A stretch of DNA of 64,000 bases from assembly GCA_964477795.1 (NCBI GenBank), contig CAYZFZ010000004.1, positions 1,013 to 65,012 of the forward strand, written 5' to 3'. Shown piece by piece: positions 26,329-35,958 of the stretch (positions are counted from its first letter, which is position 1; every line of letters starts with the position of its first letter). The notes below the pieces were generated by a model. That model was given only the letters and a program-made list of their open reading frames with translations. It ran no database searches and was not told the DNA's origin. Made by a program: the position numbers and the translations under genes. The stretch is from an uncultured Bifidobacterium sp. (GTDB taxonomy: Bacteria > Actinomycetota > Acidimicrobiia > Acidimicrobiales > Ilumatobacteraceae).

Positions 26329-26361
26329 GACCTGACACTACGGTCTCCGAGCGCGGGCTGA

Positions 26362-26403
26362 CCATCGACGAAAGTCGACAGTGCCATCGACGAAAGGCGA
26401 CAG
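26362..26403 (+). promoter_or_regulatory. Tandem 20-bp direct repeat (period 22 bp) in the TCS-2 / ABC divergent region
   Basis: CCATCGACGAAAGTCGACAG at 26362..26381 and CCATCGACGAAAGGCGACAG at 26384..26403, matching 19 of 20. Confidence 0.45.
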
Positions 26404-26491
26404 GTCCGACACGCCGACGCATCCCTTCGGATCGTTGGTTGTAGCCGCCCGCCCGATGCGGGCGGCGCACCGGCCGGTTCAGGCTGGCCGC

Positions 26492-27406
26492 ATGATCACG
26501 ACAACTGCGCTCACCAAGAGCTACAAGGAGGTTCCGGTCGTGCGCGACGTCTCGCTGCGCTGCGAACCCGGCACCATCACCGGCTTTCTCGGGGCCAACG
26601 GCGCCGGCAAGTCGACCACGCTGAAGATGATCGTCGGCCTGGTGCGGCCCGACCGCGGGGCTGCGACGATCGCCGGCCGACCGTTTGTCGAGTTGCCCAA
26701 CCCGACGCGAGCGATCGGGATGCTGCTCGATGCGTCCGCGATGCATCCCGGGCGCAGCGGTCGGTCAACGCTCACGATCGCGGCGCGGATGGCAGGAGTT
26801 GAGGAGCAGCGGGTCGAGCACCTGCTCGATGTCGTCGGGCTCACCGACGCGGCGGACAAGCGGGTCGGGGCCTACTCCCTCGGCATGCGCCAGCGCCTCG
26901 GCATCGCCCAGGCCCTCGTCGGTGAACCGGCGGCGCTGATCCTCGACGAACCGGCGAACGGGCTCGATCCCGAGGGCATCGCGTGGATGCGAACCCTGCT
27001 GCGCGACTTCGCCGACCACGGCGGCACGGTGCTGCTGTCGAGCCACCTGCTCCACGAGGTGCAGGCCACCGCCGATCATCTCGTCGTCATCTCCGGCGGT
27101 GCGGTGGTCGCCGCGGGTCGGCTCGACGACCTGCTGGCCAGCTCCACGGCCCTGGTCCGTAGCCCCGATCCCGTCGCGCTGGCCGCGGCACTCGACGCAG
27201 CGCGGATCCAGTACGTCGCGGGGCCGGGAGCGGCGTTCACCGTTGACGTCGGCGACGGGCGGGTCACCACCGAGGTGCTGGCGGGCGTCGCCCGCGACCA
27301 CCATGTCCTGCTCACCGAGCTGCGGCAGTCCGAGACCAACGGGCTCGAGCAGTTGTTCTTCTCACTCACCGCTGCCACGGCCCCCGCCCGGGAGGACGCA
27401 GCGTGA
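26492..27406 (+). CDS. ABC transporter ATP-binding protein
   Basis: MITTTALTKSYKE..., Walker A GANGAGKST, signature YSLGMRQR, Walker B LILDEP. Confidence 0.9.
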   Translation: MITTTALTKSYKEVPVVRDVSLRCEPGTITGFLGANGAGKSTTLKMIVGLVRPDRGAATIAGRPFVELPNPTRAIGMLLDASAMHPGRSGRSTLTIAARMAGVEEQRVEHLLDVVGLTDAADKRVGAYSLGMRQRLGIAQALVGEPAALILDEPANGLDPEGIAWMRTLLRDFADHGGTVLLSSHLLHEVQATADHLVVISGGAVVAAGRLDDLLASSTALVRSPDPVALAAALDAARIQYVAGPGAAFTVDVGDGRVTTEVLAGVARDHHVLLTELRQSETNGLEQLFFSLTAATAPAREDAA

Positions 27407-28182
27407 GCACGTCTCTGTCCCCTCGAACGCCCGGTCTCGACGCGACACCGTCGGGCGCAGCGCCGATCCCGTTCGCACGACTCGTCCGAGTCGAGTGGAC
27501 CAAGGCGACCGACACCCGCGCGGCCCGCTGGCTCCTCGCGATCGTCATCCTGTCGACCGCGGGGATGATGCTGGCGTCGATCCTCGCCCCCACGAGGTTC
27601 GACCAGACCTACACGGGGTACCTCGAAGTCGCCTCCATCCCACAGGTGCTCTTCCTGCCTGTGGTGGGGATCCTGATGCTCACCGGCGAATGGAGCCACC
27701 GCAGCGTCATCACGACGTTCACCCAGGAACCACGACGTATCCGAGTCGTCATCGCCAAGGTGACGGCGGCGTTGATGCTGGGCAGCGGCGCGGCGGCCTT
27801 CGGCGGGGTGGTCACCGCCGCCGGCATCGGGCTGGCGACGGCATCGGGCCGCACCATCGAGGGCACCCTGAGCTCCGGCGACATCACCGGCTACCTGCTG
27901 TACCTGCTCCTCAACGTCCTCGGGGGCGTGGCGGTCGGCGCGCTCGTGCACAACTCGGCAACGGCGATCGCCGCCTACTTCTCCCTCAACATCGCCACCG
28001 CGCTGCTCGGCACCGCATCGACACTGATCGCCGACTGGATCGACACGGCGACGACCTGGACCTGGGTGCTCGACAACGACTGGAGCGGTCACGTGCCGCA
28101 GGTCGCGATCTCGACCCTGGTCTGGGTGGTGATCCCGCTCGCCGCCGGGGTCGTCCGAACCTTGCGCCGCGACATCGGCTAG
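27403..28182 (+). CDS. ABC-2-type transporter permease
   Basis: 259 aa with 6 hydrophobic helices. GTGA overlap with the ATPase gene. Confidence 0.8.
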   Translation: MSTSLSPRTPGLDATPSGAAPIPFARLVRVEWTKATDTRAARWLLAIVILSTAGMMLASILAPTRFDQTYTGYLEVASIPQVLFLPVVGILMLTGEWSHRSVITTFTQEPRRIRVVIAKVTAALMLGSGAAAFGGVVTAAGIGLATASGRTIEGTLSSGDITGYLLYLLLNVLGGVAVGALVHNSATAIAAYFSLNIATALLGTASTLIADWIDTATTWTWVLDNDWSGHVPQVAISTLVWVVIPLAAGVVRTLRRDIG

Positions 28183-28235
28183 CCGGTCAGTCCTGCACCC
28201 CATCCCCTCCACCACAGTCACAGAAAGCAACACCC

Positions 28236-29561
28236 ATGCCTCTCCACCACGGCCGAACGGCCACCGCTTCCCGCGCCATCGCAGCCGTTCTCGCTGCCGG
28301 CCTCCTCGCTGCCGGGTGCGCCTCGGAGCAGTCGTCCGCCACGTCGACCCCAGCGACCACGACCACGACTCCAGCGACCACGACGCCGACACCGACAGCG
28401 ACACCGACAGCGACACCCGACTACGCGGAGCCGGGCAGCCACGCCGTCGGATATCGCGTCTTCACCACCACCGGGGCACAGGACCAACCGCTGACAGTAC
28501 GGGCGTGGTACCCCGCCGTTCCCACCGCCGCCGAGTCCGAGGCGATCACCTACGTCGCGCCCAACAAGTTCGACGAGCAGATCACGCCCGGCGAGCAGAT
28601 CACCAGCGTCGGCCGAGCGCTCGCCGATGCCTCACCGGAACAGGCCGACGAGCCGTACCCGCTCGTGGTCTTCTCCCATGGCTTCGCACTGAGCCCGATC
28701 GTCTACAGCACGCTGGTGGAGCACTACGCATCACGGGGATACGTCGTGCTCGCACCCGAACACAACGAGCGCTTCGACGGATCACTCACCGGCTTCTGGC
28801 AGGAGTTGATCGACCGGCCCGTCGACATCCGTCGAACCATCGACCTCGCCGAGCAACTGACCGCGTCCGGAGCACCGTTGGCCGGGCTGGTCGACACCGA
28901 CCACGTCGCCGTCGTGGGCCACTCCTACGGCGGGTACACCGCGCTCGCCGCCGGCGGCGCACGGTTCGACTTCGCCGCCTACGCGGACCGCTGCGCCGCG
29001 CTGACCGCGGACGATGCGCTCAACTTCTTCTGCGCTCCCCTCGCGAACGAGGCGGACATGGCGATGCGAGCCGGGCTCGACGAGGTCCCCTCCGGTCTGT
29101 GGCCGTCGTTCGGAGACCCGCGAGTCGACGCCGTCGTCTCGCTGGCAGGCGATGCGTACCTCTTCGATCAACGCGGCCTCGCGGAACTCGATGTTCCCGT
29201 CATGGCGATGGGCGGAACGATCGATGACGGCACCCCCTACGAGTGGGGCGCGAAGCTCACCTACGACCACGCAGGGAGCACGGACAAGACGCTCGTCTCG
29301 TTTCCCGGTGCCGGCCACATGCTCTTCCTCGACCCGTGCGAGAACCTTCCGTGGGTCGAAGACTCCGTCTACCGAGACGCGATCTGCACCGATGCGGTCT
29401 GGGAGACGCGACCGTTCGACATCGTCATGCACTACACCACCGCGTTCCTTCGCGACACGCTCAACGACGACGCCCAGGCACGGGCGGCACTCGCCGGCCC
29501 GCAACCCGACCTCGACGACGTCGAGTACGACACGACCATTCGTGCCGGAGGTGGTGCGTGA
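28236..29561 (+). CDS. Secreted lipoprotein alpha/beta hydrolase (PAF-acetylhydrolase / dienelactone-hydrolase-like)
   Basis: Signal plus lipobox AAGLLAAGC, then a Thr/Pro linker. Family segments PLVVFSHGF and the nucleophile elbow VVGHSYGG. It lies in the tail of the over-extended ORF 27099..29561. Confidence 0.8.
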   Translation: MPLHHGRTATASRAIAAVLAAGLLAAGCASEQSSATSTPATTTTTPATTTPTPTATPTATPDYAEPGSHAVGYRVFTTTGAQDQPLTVRAWYPAVPTAAESEAITYVAPNKFDEQITPGEQITSVGRALADASPEQADEPYPLVVFSHGFALSPIVYSTLVEHYASRGYVVLAPEHNERFDGSLTGFWQELIDRPVDIRRTIDLAEQLTASGAPLAGLVDTDHVAVVGHSYGGYTALAAGGARFDFAAYADRCAALTADDALNFFCAPLANEADMAMRAGLDEVPSGLWPSFGDPRVDAVVSLAGDAYLFDQRGLAELDVPVMAMGGTIDDGTPYEWGAKLTYDHAGSTDKTLVSFPGAGHMLFLDPCENLPWVEDSVYRDAICTDAVWETRPFDIVMHYTTAFLRDTLNDDAQARAALAGPQPDLDDVEYDTTIRAGGGA

Positions 29562-29656
29562 GCCACGGAACGAGGCGCCGGTTTCGAGTTCTGCTCTCGC
29601 GAGAGTGCAACCGCGGCTGCCGGAGATTCGTCGAAGCGCTGACGACGACGACTGCG

Positions 29657-30322
29657 TCAGCTCTCACCCGGTGTGACGAGGCCGTGTTCATAGGCGAGGA
29701 TCACGGCCTGGACGCGATCTCGGAGGGCGAGCTTCATGAGGACGTGGCCGACGTGGGTCTTCACCGTCGACTCACCAAGGTACATTGCGATTGCGATCTC
29801 GGCGTTGCTCTGTCCGCGGGCGATGTGGAGGAGCACCTCGTGCTCGCGTGAGGTCAGCGTGTCGAGGGCGCTGCGGCCAGTGGGCAGCTGGGGGCGTTGG
29901 AGGAACTCCGTGATGAGCCGCTTGGTGACCCGGGGTGCGAGCAGGGCGTCGCCGTTGGCGACGACTCGCACGGCGTGGGCGAGTTCGTCGCGGGTGGCGT
30001 CCTTGAGCAGGAATCCGCTCGCCCCGGCACGGAGCGCTTCGTAGACGTACTCGTCGAGGTCGAAGGTGGTCAGGATCAGGACTCGGCTTGGGTGCGCGAC
30101 ACCGGGGCCGGCGAGTTGGCGGGTGGCGGAGATCCCGTCGAGCCGTGGCATGCGGATGTCCATCAAGATGACGTCTGGCCGCAGGGATCGGGCCGCGCCG
30201 ATGGCTTCTTCGCCATCGGCGGCTTCGCCGATGACTTCGAAGTCGCTGTGGGCGTCGAGGATGGTCGCGAAGCCGGTGCGGACGATCGGTTGATCGTCGA
30301 CGATGAGGATGGTTGTGGTCAT
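29657..30322 (-). CDS. NarL/LuxR-family response regulator (TCS-3)
   Basis: MTTTILIVDDQPIVR...DIRMPRLDG. HTH LTSREHEVLLHIARGQSNAEIAIAMYLGESTVKTH. ATGA overlap with the kinase stop. Confidence 0.9.
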   Translation of the reverse strand: MTTTILIVDDQPIVRTGFATILDAHSDFEVIGEAADGEEAIGAARSLRPDVILMDIRMPRLDGISATRQLAGPGVAHPSRVLILTTFDLDEYVYEALRAGASGFLLKDATRDELAHAVRVVANGDALLAPRVTKRLITEFLQRPQLPTGRSALDTLTSREHEVLLHIARGQSNAEIAIAMYLGESTVKTHVGHVLMKLALRDRVQAVILAYEHGLVTPGES

Positions 30323-31488
30323 GCCGTGTCGCTGGGGAGGTGCGCTTCGAGCCGGAAGCCGCCGAGCGGTCCAGGGCATGTGGTGAGCGTGCCGCCGAGG
30401 AGTGCGACACGTTCGTGGAGTCCGATCAGCCCGGTCCCGTCGCCTACTCGGTGCCCGCTGTGCTGCGTGAGTGGTGCAGGTGCGTTGACGATGACAACGG
30501 CGAGATCGCGATCAGTGGAGGTGATGGTCACCTTCGCGCTCGAGCCGGGTGCGTGCTTGACGACGTTGGTGAGACCTTCCTGCACAATGCGGTAGGCGGT
30601 GAGGTCGACGGAGGTGGACAGCGTGTCAACGGGTCCGTCGATGTCGACGCTCACGGTGGCGCCCGACGCCGCCACTTCAGCGAGCAGCGTGTCGAGGTTG
30701 CGGAGTGTGGGCTGCGGTGTGGCCAGCACCGAGCGGTCGCTGCGGAGCACGCCGAGCATCAGGCGCAACTGGGTCATGGCTGCTCGGCCACTGCGCGCCA
30801 GATCGTCGAAGATGGACCGAGCTGAAGCGGCGGGGAGATCGGGGCGGCTCGCTGCCGCCTCGGCCTGCACGACCAGCATCGTGACATGGTGGGCGACCAC
30901 GTCGTGGAGTTCGCGTGCCACCCGGGCCCTTTCGGCGGCGCGGGCGTCGTCGAGCGCATGGAGTCGCTCAGCCTCGAGGCGGCGAATCCGCGCGCTGGCT
31001 TCCTCGAGGAGGCGCTTCTTGGCGCGCAGGTAGTCGCCGATGAGGGGCGCGCCGACAACGACGAGGACCGCGGTCCACCAGTCGAGCGCGTCCGAGTCCG
31101 TGATCCACGCCGTACCGACGAAGGTCGCCAACGCAGTGATAGCGAGCAACGACCACTTCATCGTGGCTCGGGAGTGTTCGAAGACCGTCGCCAGCGCCAC
31201 GAACACGGCGAAGGGGATCAGGGGGTCGGGCCAATCGACCGCGCCGTACACCGCTGCCGCTGTGGAAGCCACCGCGAACATTGCAGCTGGGAATCGGCGG
31301 CGCCACACCAGCCCGATCGCGCCGACGGTGAGCACCATGAACGCTGCGAAGGAGAAGGACGGCTCGCCGTGCTTGGTGGCCGTGAACCCGGCGGTCGACG
31401 CGCTCAGGAGCAGCGTGACCCCAGCGACCAGCAGGTCGGGACGCGCCACACCCGTTGACCGGTCGTGCTCGTAGTCGTCGGCGTCCAT
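30319..31488 (-). CDS. Sensor histidine kinase, HisKA_3 type (TCS-3)
   Basis: H-box VARELHDVVAHHVTMLVVQAEAA and ATP-binding region EGLTNVVKHA...GTGLIGLHERV. ATG at 31488 (MDADDYEHDR) precedes the first TM helix. The track ORF is over-extended to 31860. Confidence 0.85.
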   Translation of the reverse strand: MDADDYEHDRSTGVARPDLLVAGVTLLLSASTAGFTATKHGEPSFSFAAFMVLTVGAIGLVWRRRFPAAMFAVASTAAAVYGAVDWPDPLIPFAVFVALATVFEHSRATMKWSLLAITALATFVGTAWITDSDALDWWTAVLVVVGAPLIGDYLRAKKRLLEEASARIRRLEAERLHALDDARAAERARVARELHDVVAHHVTMLVVQAEAAASRPDLPAASARSIFDDLARSGRAAMTQLRLMLGVLRSDRSVLATPQPTLRNLDTLLAEVAASGATVSVDIDGPVDTLSTSVDLTAYRIVQEGLTNVVKHAPGSSAKVTITSTDRDLAVVIVNAPAPLTQHSGHRVGDGTGLIGLHERVALLGGTLTTCPGPLGGFRLEAHLPSDTA

Positions 31489-31645
31489 GATGCGAACGCT
31501 ACGCGTGACTCGTCGGCTCGTCCTCCACCTCGAGGATGAGATCGGATCGGTGGAACCGGCGAGGAGGAATCGCCGGCGAAGCGGACGACAGCCCCGGGCC
31601 GGTTCCGTACCGTCCGAGGGGTCCATCGATCCATGGGAGTCCCTC

Positions 31646-32773
31646 ATGACCCGTCGCTCAATCCCCATCGCGCTCGTGTCGCTGGCGCTGGCAGCCTGCG
31701 GCTCGGCGCAGGCCGCCCGGTCGCCTGGCGCGTCCGACCGGCCGACGTCGACATCGCCCACGACCACTGAGATCCCTTCGAGAACGAGCGTGGCGCTCTC
31801 GCCATGCCCCGACTCGGGCGGCGCGCTTCCCGAACCGACCGGGGAGTACGGTGTCGGCACCGCGACGCTGCCCGGCCCGGCCGAACTCGGCCACCTCGCC
31901 GCGTACTACCCGACATCGGATTGCACCGGGGCTCGTCCGCCGTACTTGCGGGCGGAACTTGCCGACGCGCTCGGTGTCGATTCGAGCCTGCTCGACGCAC
32001 TCGTCGTCCACGCCAGCTCGGATGTAGCGCCCCTCACCGGGGCACCGCGGCCCGTGGTCGTGCTCGCACCGGGCTGGACGTCGCTGGTCGCCCTTTCGAC
32101 CTCACTCGCGACCGACCTCGCGAGCCACGGATACGTCGTCGTCACAGTCGACCCGCCGCTCGGGACCGAGACCACCACGTTCCCCGACGACGCCGCCGCC
32201 AGTCGCCGCCTGAAGACGCTTCGCGCGGTGCTCGATCTGCTCGACGACCCGGCGATCGAAGCGTTCACAGGGCCACTCGATCGGTCTCACATCGCTGCCG
32301 GTGGGCACTCGTACGCCGGATCGATCGCGTTCCAACTCGCGCAGGACGATCGACGTCTCGTCGCTGTCTTCGACCTCGATGGTGTGCTTCGCGGCGCCGC
32401 CCTGGACGCCCCGCTGCGTGTCCCAGCGCTGATCGTCGCCACCTCTGAAGGCAGTGCCACGGATCCGAGCCTGAGCTTTGTGCTGGCGCAGTCGCCGAAT
32501 GCAGTCGGTCTCGTCGTGCAGCACGCTGACCACTACGACCTCACCGATGTGCCGGCTCTCGTCGGATCGCTCGGTGCGCTCACTGCATCGCTGGCCCGTG
32601 GTGAAATCGGCGTCGCTGCGGTCGACATCACCAACCAGCTTGTGCGCGGCTTCCTCGACTGCGTCATCAAGGAAGCGTCTGTCACGGCGCAGCCGTGCAC
32701 ACCAAGCGCAGCAACTCTCGCAGCCGGACTCACCGATGTTGCGCCACTCGCCGACCCGCCCACCACGAACTGA
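31646..32773 (+). CDS. Secreted lipoprotein alpha/beta hydrolase (same broad family as 28236..29561)
   Basis: GGGAG precedes the ATG at 31646. Signal and lipobox MTRRSIPIALVSLALAAC. Nucleophile elbow GGHSYAG. Confidence 0.8.
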   Translation: MTRRSIPIALVSLALAACGSAQAARSPGASDRPTSTSPTTTEIPSRTSVALSPCPDSGGALPEPTGEYGVGTATLPGPAELGHLAAYYPTSDCTGARPPYLRAELADALGVDSSLLDALVVHASSDVAPLTGAPRPVVVLAPGWTSLVALSTSLATDLASHGYVVVTVDPPLGTETTTFPDDAAASRRLKTLRAVLDLLDDPAIEAFTGPLDRSHIAAGGHSYAGSIAFQLAQDDRRLVAVFDLDGVLRGAALDAPLRVPALIVATSEGSATDPSLSFVLAQSPNAVGLVVQHADHYDLTDVPALVGSLGALTASLARGEIGVAAVDITNQLVRGFLDCVIKEASVTAQPCTPSAATLAAGLTDVAPLADPPTTN

Positions 32774-32783
32774 AGGAGAAGCC

Positions 32784-33509
32784 ATGTATCAGCGCGTCGT
32801 CATCGACCGAGTCTCGTACGCCGTCGGCAAGGAAACATCCCACCGCACGATTCTGGACGCCGCCTCGCTCCAACTCGCCCCTGGGGAGTGGGTCGCGGTG
32901 ATGGGGCCTTCCGGCTGCGGCAAGTCGACACTGCTGCACATGGTCGGAGGGCTCCGCCGTCCCGATGCCGGATCCATCACGATCGACGGTGTCGAGATCA
33001 GCTCCCTGTCCGACCACAGCCGCGCCCGCTATCGACGTAACCGGATCGGATATGTGTTCCAGCAGTACAACCTGATCGATGACCTCACCGTCGTGCACAA
33101 CGTCGAACTCCCCGCCCTCCTGCTCGGGACCCCGCACCGCCGAGCCCGACACGACGCCGCGGAGCTCCTCGATCGGCTCGGACTCAGCTCGCTCGCGGGC
33201 GCGTGGCCCGCTGAGCTCTCCGGCGGAGAACAGCAACGCGTTGCCATCGCCCGCGCGCTGGTTGCCCGCCCGGCGGTAGTCCTGGCGGACGAACCGACCG
33301 GCGCGCTCGACCGCGCCGCCAGCGCCACGGTGATCGAGTTGCTCCGGGCTGCGAGCAATGAGCGCCAGACGATCCTCATGGTCACACACGACCCGGAGGT
33401 CGCCGCCGCGGCGGATCGTGTCGTGTGGATGCGAGACGGAACGATGCATGACCCCGAACCGTGTTCGGCAGTGCGCAGCACGGCGGAGTTGGTTGGTGAC
33501 TCGCGATGA
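32784..33509 (+). CDS. ABC transporter ATP-binding protein (MacB/LolD/FtsE-type)
   Basis: GAAGGAGAAG precedes the ATG at 32784. Walker A GPSGCGKST, signature LSGGEQQR, Walker B VLADEPTGALD. Confidence 0.9.
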   Translation: MYQRVVIDRVSYAVGKETSHRTILDAASLQLAPGEWVAVMGPSGCGKSTLLHMVGGLRRPDAGSITIDGVEISSLSDHSRARYRRNRIGYVFQQYNLIDDLTVVHNVELPALLLGTPHRRARHDAAELLDRLGLSSLAGAWPAELSGGEQQRVAIARALVARPAVVLADEPTGALDRAASATVIELLRAASNERQTILMVTHDPEVAAAADRVVWMRDGTMHDPEPCSAVRSTAELVGDSR

Positions 33510-35800
33510 GTGTTCTTGCCACGATCCTTCGGATGGGCATCCGCCGGCGCTCCGTCATCCCAACTGTGATTGCCGCCGCCGTGACTGCCGCGGCCGCCTC
33601 AGGCATCGCAGCTGCCGTGGTCGTTCACGAGGACGCCGGCCGCGCCGTCGACACAGTCTTCGCCGACCACAACGGACCCGACCTCGTCGTCACCACCACC
33701 TTCGACGAGATCAGCGCCGTGCAAGCGATGCTCGACACCGACCCTCGAGTCTCCGCGACAGCTCCACCTCGGCGTGTCATCGAGACTCGCGCCGAGACCG
33801 CGACCCACGGGGTCCCCCTCACCATCAACGGCATCGACAGCACCACCCGCACGGGTGCACTCAACGCCCCGATCCTCACCGCCGGTCGCCTGCCAGCCAG
33901 CCCAGGGGAGATCGCGTTCGACACCGCGGCCGCGCGCGATGCTGGCATTTCACTTGGCGACACCGTCGCCATCAGCACCATCTCCGGCGAACGCCCAGTC
34001 AGCGTGGTCGGATTGGCCTACGATCTCACCGACTGCTTCTACCCGACCTGCGACCCCGCCCGAGCGTGGGTTCTCGACAGGCTGATCCCGACACTCGGCG
34101 CTGACGTTCACGCGTTGCTCGCAGTGGACGTCACCGACTCGGAGCTGGCCGACGCCGTCGGACGAGACATCACTCAGTCGTTGGGCGACACAACGGTCAG
34201 GTACAACACCTGGCTGGACACTCGGGGCGACCTTGTCGCAGAGTCGGAGTTCTTCGGTGCTTTCCTCGCGGCGTTCGGGCTGCTGGCCCTCGTCGCGTCG
34301 ATGGTTGTGATCGCCGGAACGATCACCGCCAGAACCTGGTCACGGCGCCGAGCCCTCGCCCAGTTGCGTTCCCTCGGCAGCACTCGGGCACAGGTCACCA
34401 TGGGCCTGCTCGCCGAGCACATACTGATCGCAATCGTAGGAATCGTCATCGGCAACGGCTCAACAGCGCTGATCGCACCACGGCTGCGCATCGGCGCGCT
34501 CAGCATCCTCGACGACACCACACCGCGCCTCCCTGGGGCTGCCGTTGTCGTCAGCTCCGTGGTCGTGCTCGTCATGTGCATCACTGCGACACTCCTGCCC
34601 TCTCTTCGCGCTGGTCGAGCCGACATCGTCGCCAGTATCGGCGCCGCACCAGCGCGCACCGGGCGGGGCTCAGCCGCCGGACGGCTGCTCGGCGCCGTTC
34701 CACTCCCTGTGCCTGTTGATCTCGGTGCACGCTCGGCACTCGTCAGGCCCGTGCGAACCGTGCTCGCGACCACGGCAATCGCGCTTGCCATCGGTACGAC
34801 CGTTGTTGCCGTCTCGATCGATCAGACCATGGACGACCTGCTCTCCCATCCTGAACTGACCGGCAAGCCGGCCGACGCGACACTCACACCAGCGGTCGGC
34901 ATCAGCCTCGACCAGTCGACACGCGCGCTCGAGCAGATCCCTGAGGTGGCCAGCTGGTACCTCGTCGCTGATACCAGCGCCAACGTCGACGAGCGATCCG
35001 TTCACGTCCGAGCGATCGGCGGCGACCCGAAGGCCACCGGCTACGTGATCGGCGACGGTGCACCACTCACCCAGCCAGGCCAGGCCGTCGCCGGATACGG
35101 ACTACTCGACGCCACCGGCTGGCACATTGGACAGACCCTGCACCTCGAGATCCATGGCCAGGCGACCGACGTGACCCTGGTCGGCTGGTACCGAGAAACC
35201 GAAGACAGCGGTGCACTGCTCCAGATCCGCCTCGAGGACCTGCAGCAGATCGACAACAGCACAACCCCGCAGGTGGCCGTCCACGGAGCCGCTGGAGTGA
35301 CACCACGACAGCTCGGATCGGCACTGACCCGAGCCTTCGGTACCTCAGCGGAAGTGGTGGTCCGCGAAGATGACGTCGGTCGCCTCTCACCGTTCCGCAC
35401 CGCGCTCGGCACGATGACGGCACTCGTCGGGTTTGTCGCCCTCTCCAACATGATCGCTACCGCGACCGCCGCCAGCCGGGAAGGGTCGCGGCGAACAGGA
35501 ACGCTCCGGGCGCTCGGCATGACGCGGCGAACATGCCTCGCCGCCGCTGCCTCGCACGCCATGACCGTGATTGTCGCCGCCGTCCCGATCGGTCTCCTGC
35601 TGGGCACGCTCGGCGCCGGTCGGATCGGCGACACACTCACCTCGCAACTCGGCAACGGCCCCGGGATCACCCACGGCCTACCCATCGCACAGCTCGCCAC
35701 GATCGCGACCGTCGTCGCGCTCATCGCGGCACTTGCGGCCGCCGTGGCGTCCAGACCCACGATCGCCCGGCCGATTCCGGACCTCCTCGAGGAGCCATGA
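33506..35800 (+). CDS. FtsX-family ABC transporter permease with duplicated FtsX modules
   Basis: 764 aa. Two blocks of 3-4 TM helices are separated by large extracytoplasmic regions. ATGA overlap with the ATPase gene. Confidence 0.85.
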   Translation: MSVLATILRMGIRRRSVIPTVIAAAVTAAAASGIAAAVVVHEDAGRAVDTVFADHNGPDLVVTTTFDEISAVQAMLDTDPRVSATAPPRRVIETRAETATHGVPLTINGIDSTTRTGALNAPILTAGRLPASPGEIAFDTAAARDAGISLGDTVAISTISGERPVSVVGLAYDLTDCFYPTCDPARAWVLDRLIPTLGADVHALLAVDVTDSELADAVGRDITQSLGDTTVRYNTWLDTRGDLVAESEFFGAFLAAFGLLALVASMVVIAGTITARTWSRRRALAQLRSLGSTRAQVTMGLLAEHILIAIVGIVIGNGSTALIAPRLRIGALSILDDTTPRLPGAAVVVSSVVVLVMCITATLLPSLRAGRADIVASIGAAPARTGRGSAAGRLLGAVPLPVPVDLGARSALVRPVRTVLATTAIALAIGTTVVAVSIDQTMDDLLSHPELTGKPADATLTPAVGISLDQSTRALEQIPEVASWYLVADTSANVDERSVHVRAIGGDPKATGYVIGDGAPLTQPGQAVAGYGLLDATGWHIGQTLHLEIHGQATDVTLVGWYRETEDSGALLQIRLEDLQQIDNSTTPQVAVHGAAGVTPRQLGSALTRAFGTSAEVVVREDDVGRLSPFRTALGTMTALVGFVALSNMIATATAASREGSRRTGTLRALGMTRRTCLAAAASHAMTVIVAAVPIGLLLGTLGAGRIGDTLTSQLGNGPGITHGLPIAQLATIATVVALIAALAAAVASRPTIARPIPDLLEEP

Positions 35801-35958
35801 CCCGCCGCGGGCAGTGATCTGGGCGATGCTGCCGAAGTGCCTGCTCATCTCAACGCCCTCGTCTCTGTTGTGGATCGATCTCGATCACGATCTTGCCGAC
35901 TACCCGGTTGGCAGTTCGGAGGGAAGTCTGTCGTGGAGCCGTGAGAACTTCGTGTGCG

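Noticed and set aside
29594-29605. Perfect 12-bp palindrome CTCTCGCGAGAG between the convergent hydrolase and response-regulator genes
   Set aside because: The stem is short, has no T-tract and sits in very GC-rich context, so it could be a weak terminator or chance. Support is insufficient for a feature call.
35850-35958. Possible relic of a zinc-type dehydrogenase/quinone reductase C-terminus (minus strand ...NRVVGKIVIEID...)
   Set aside because: Only about 12 residues resemble the GKIVL C-terminal tag of that family. That is too short to distinguish from chance without a profile search.
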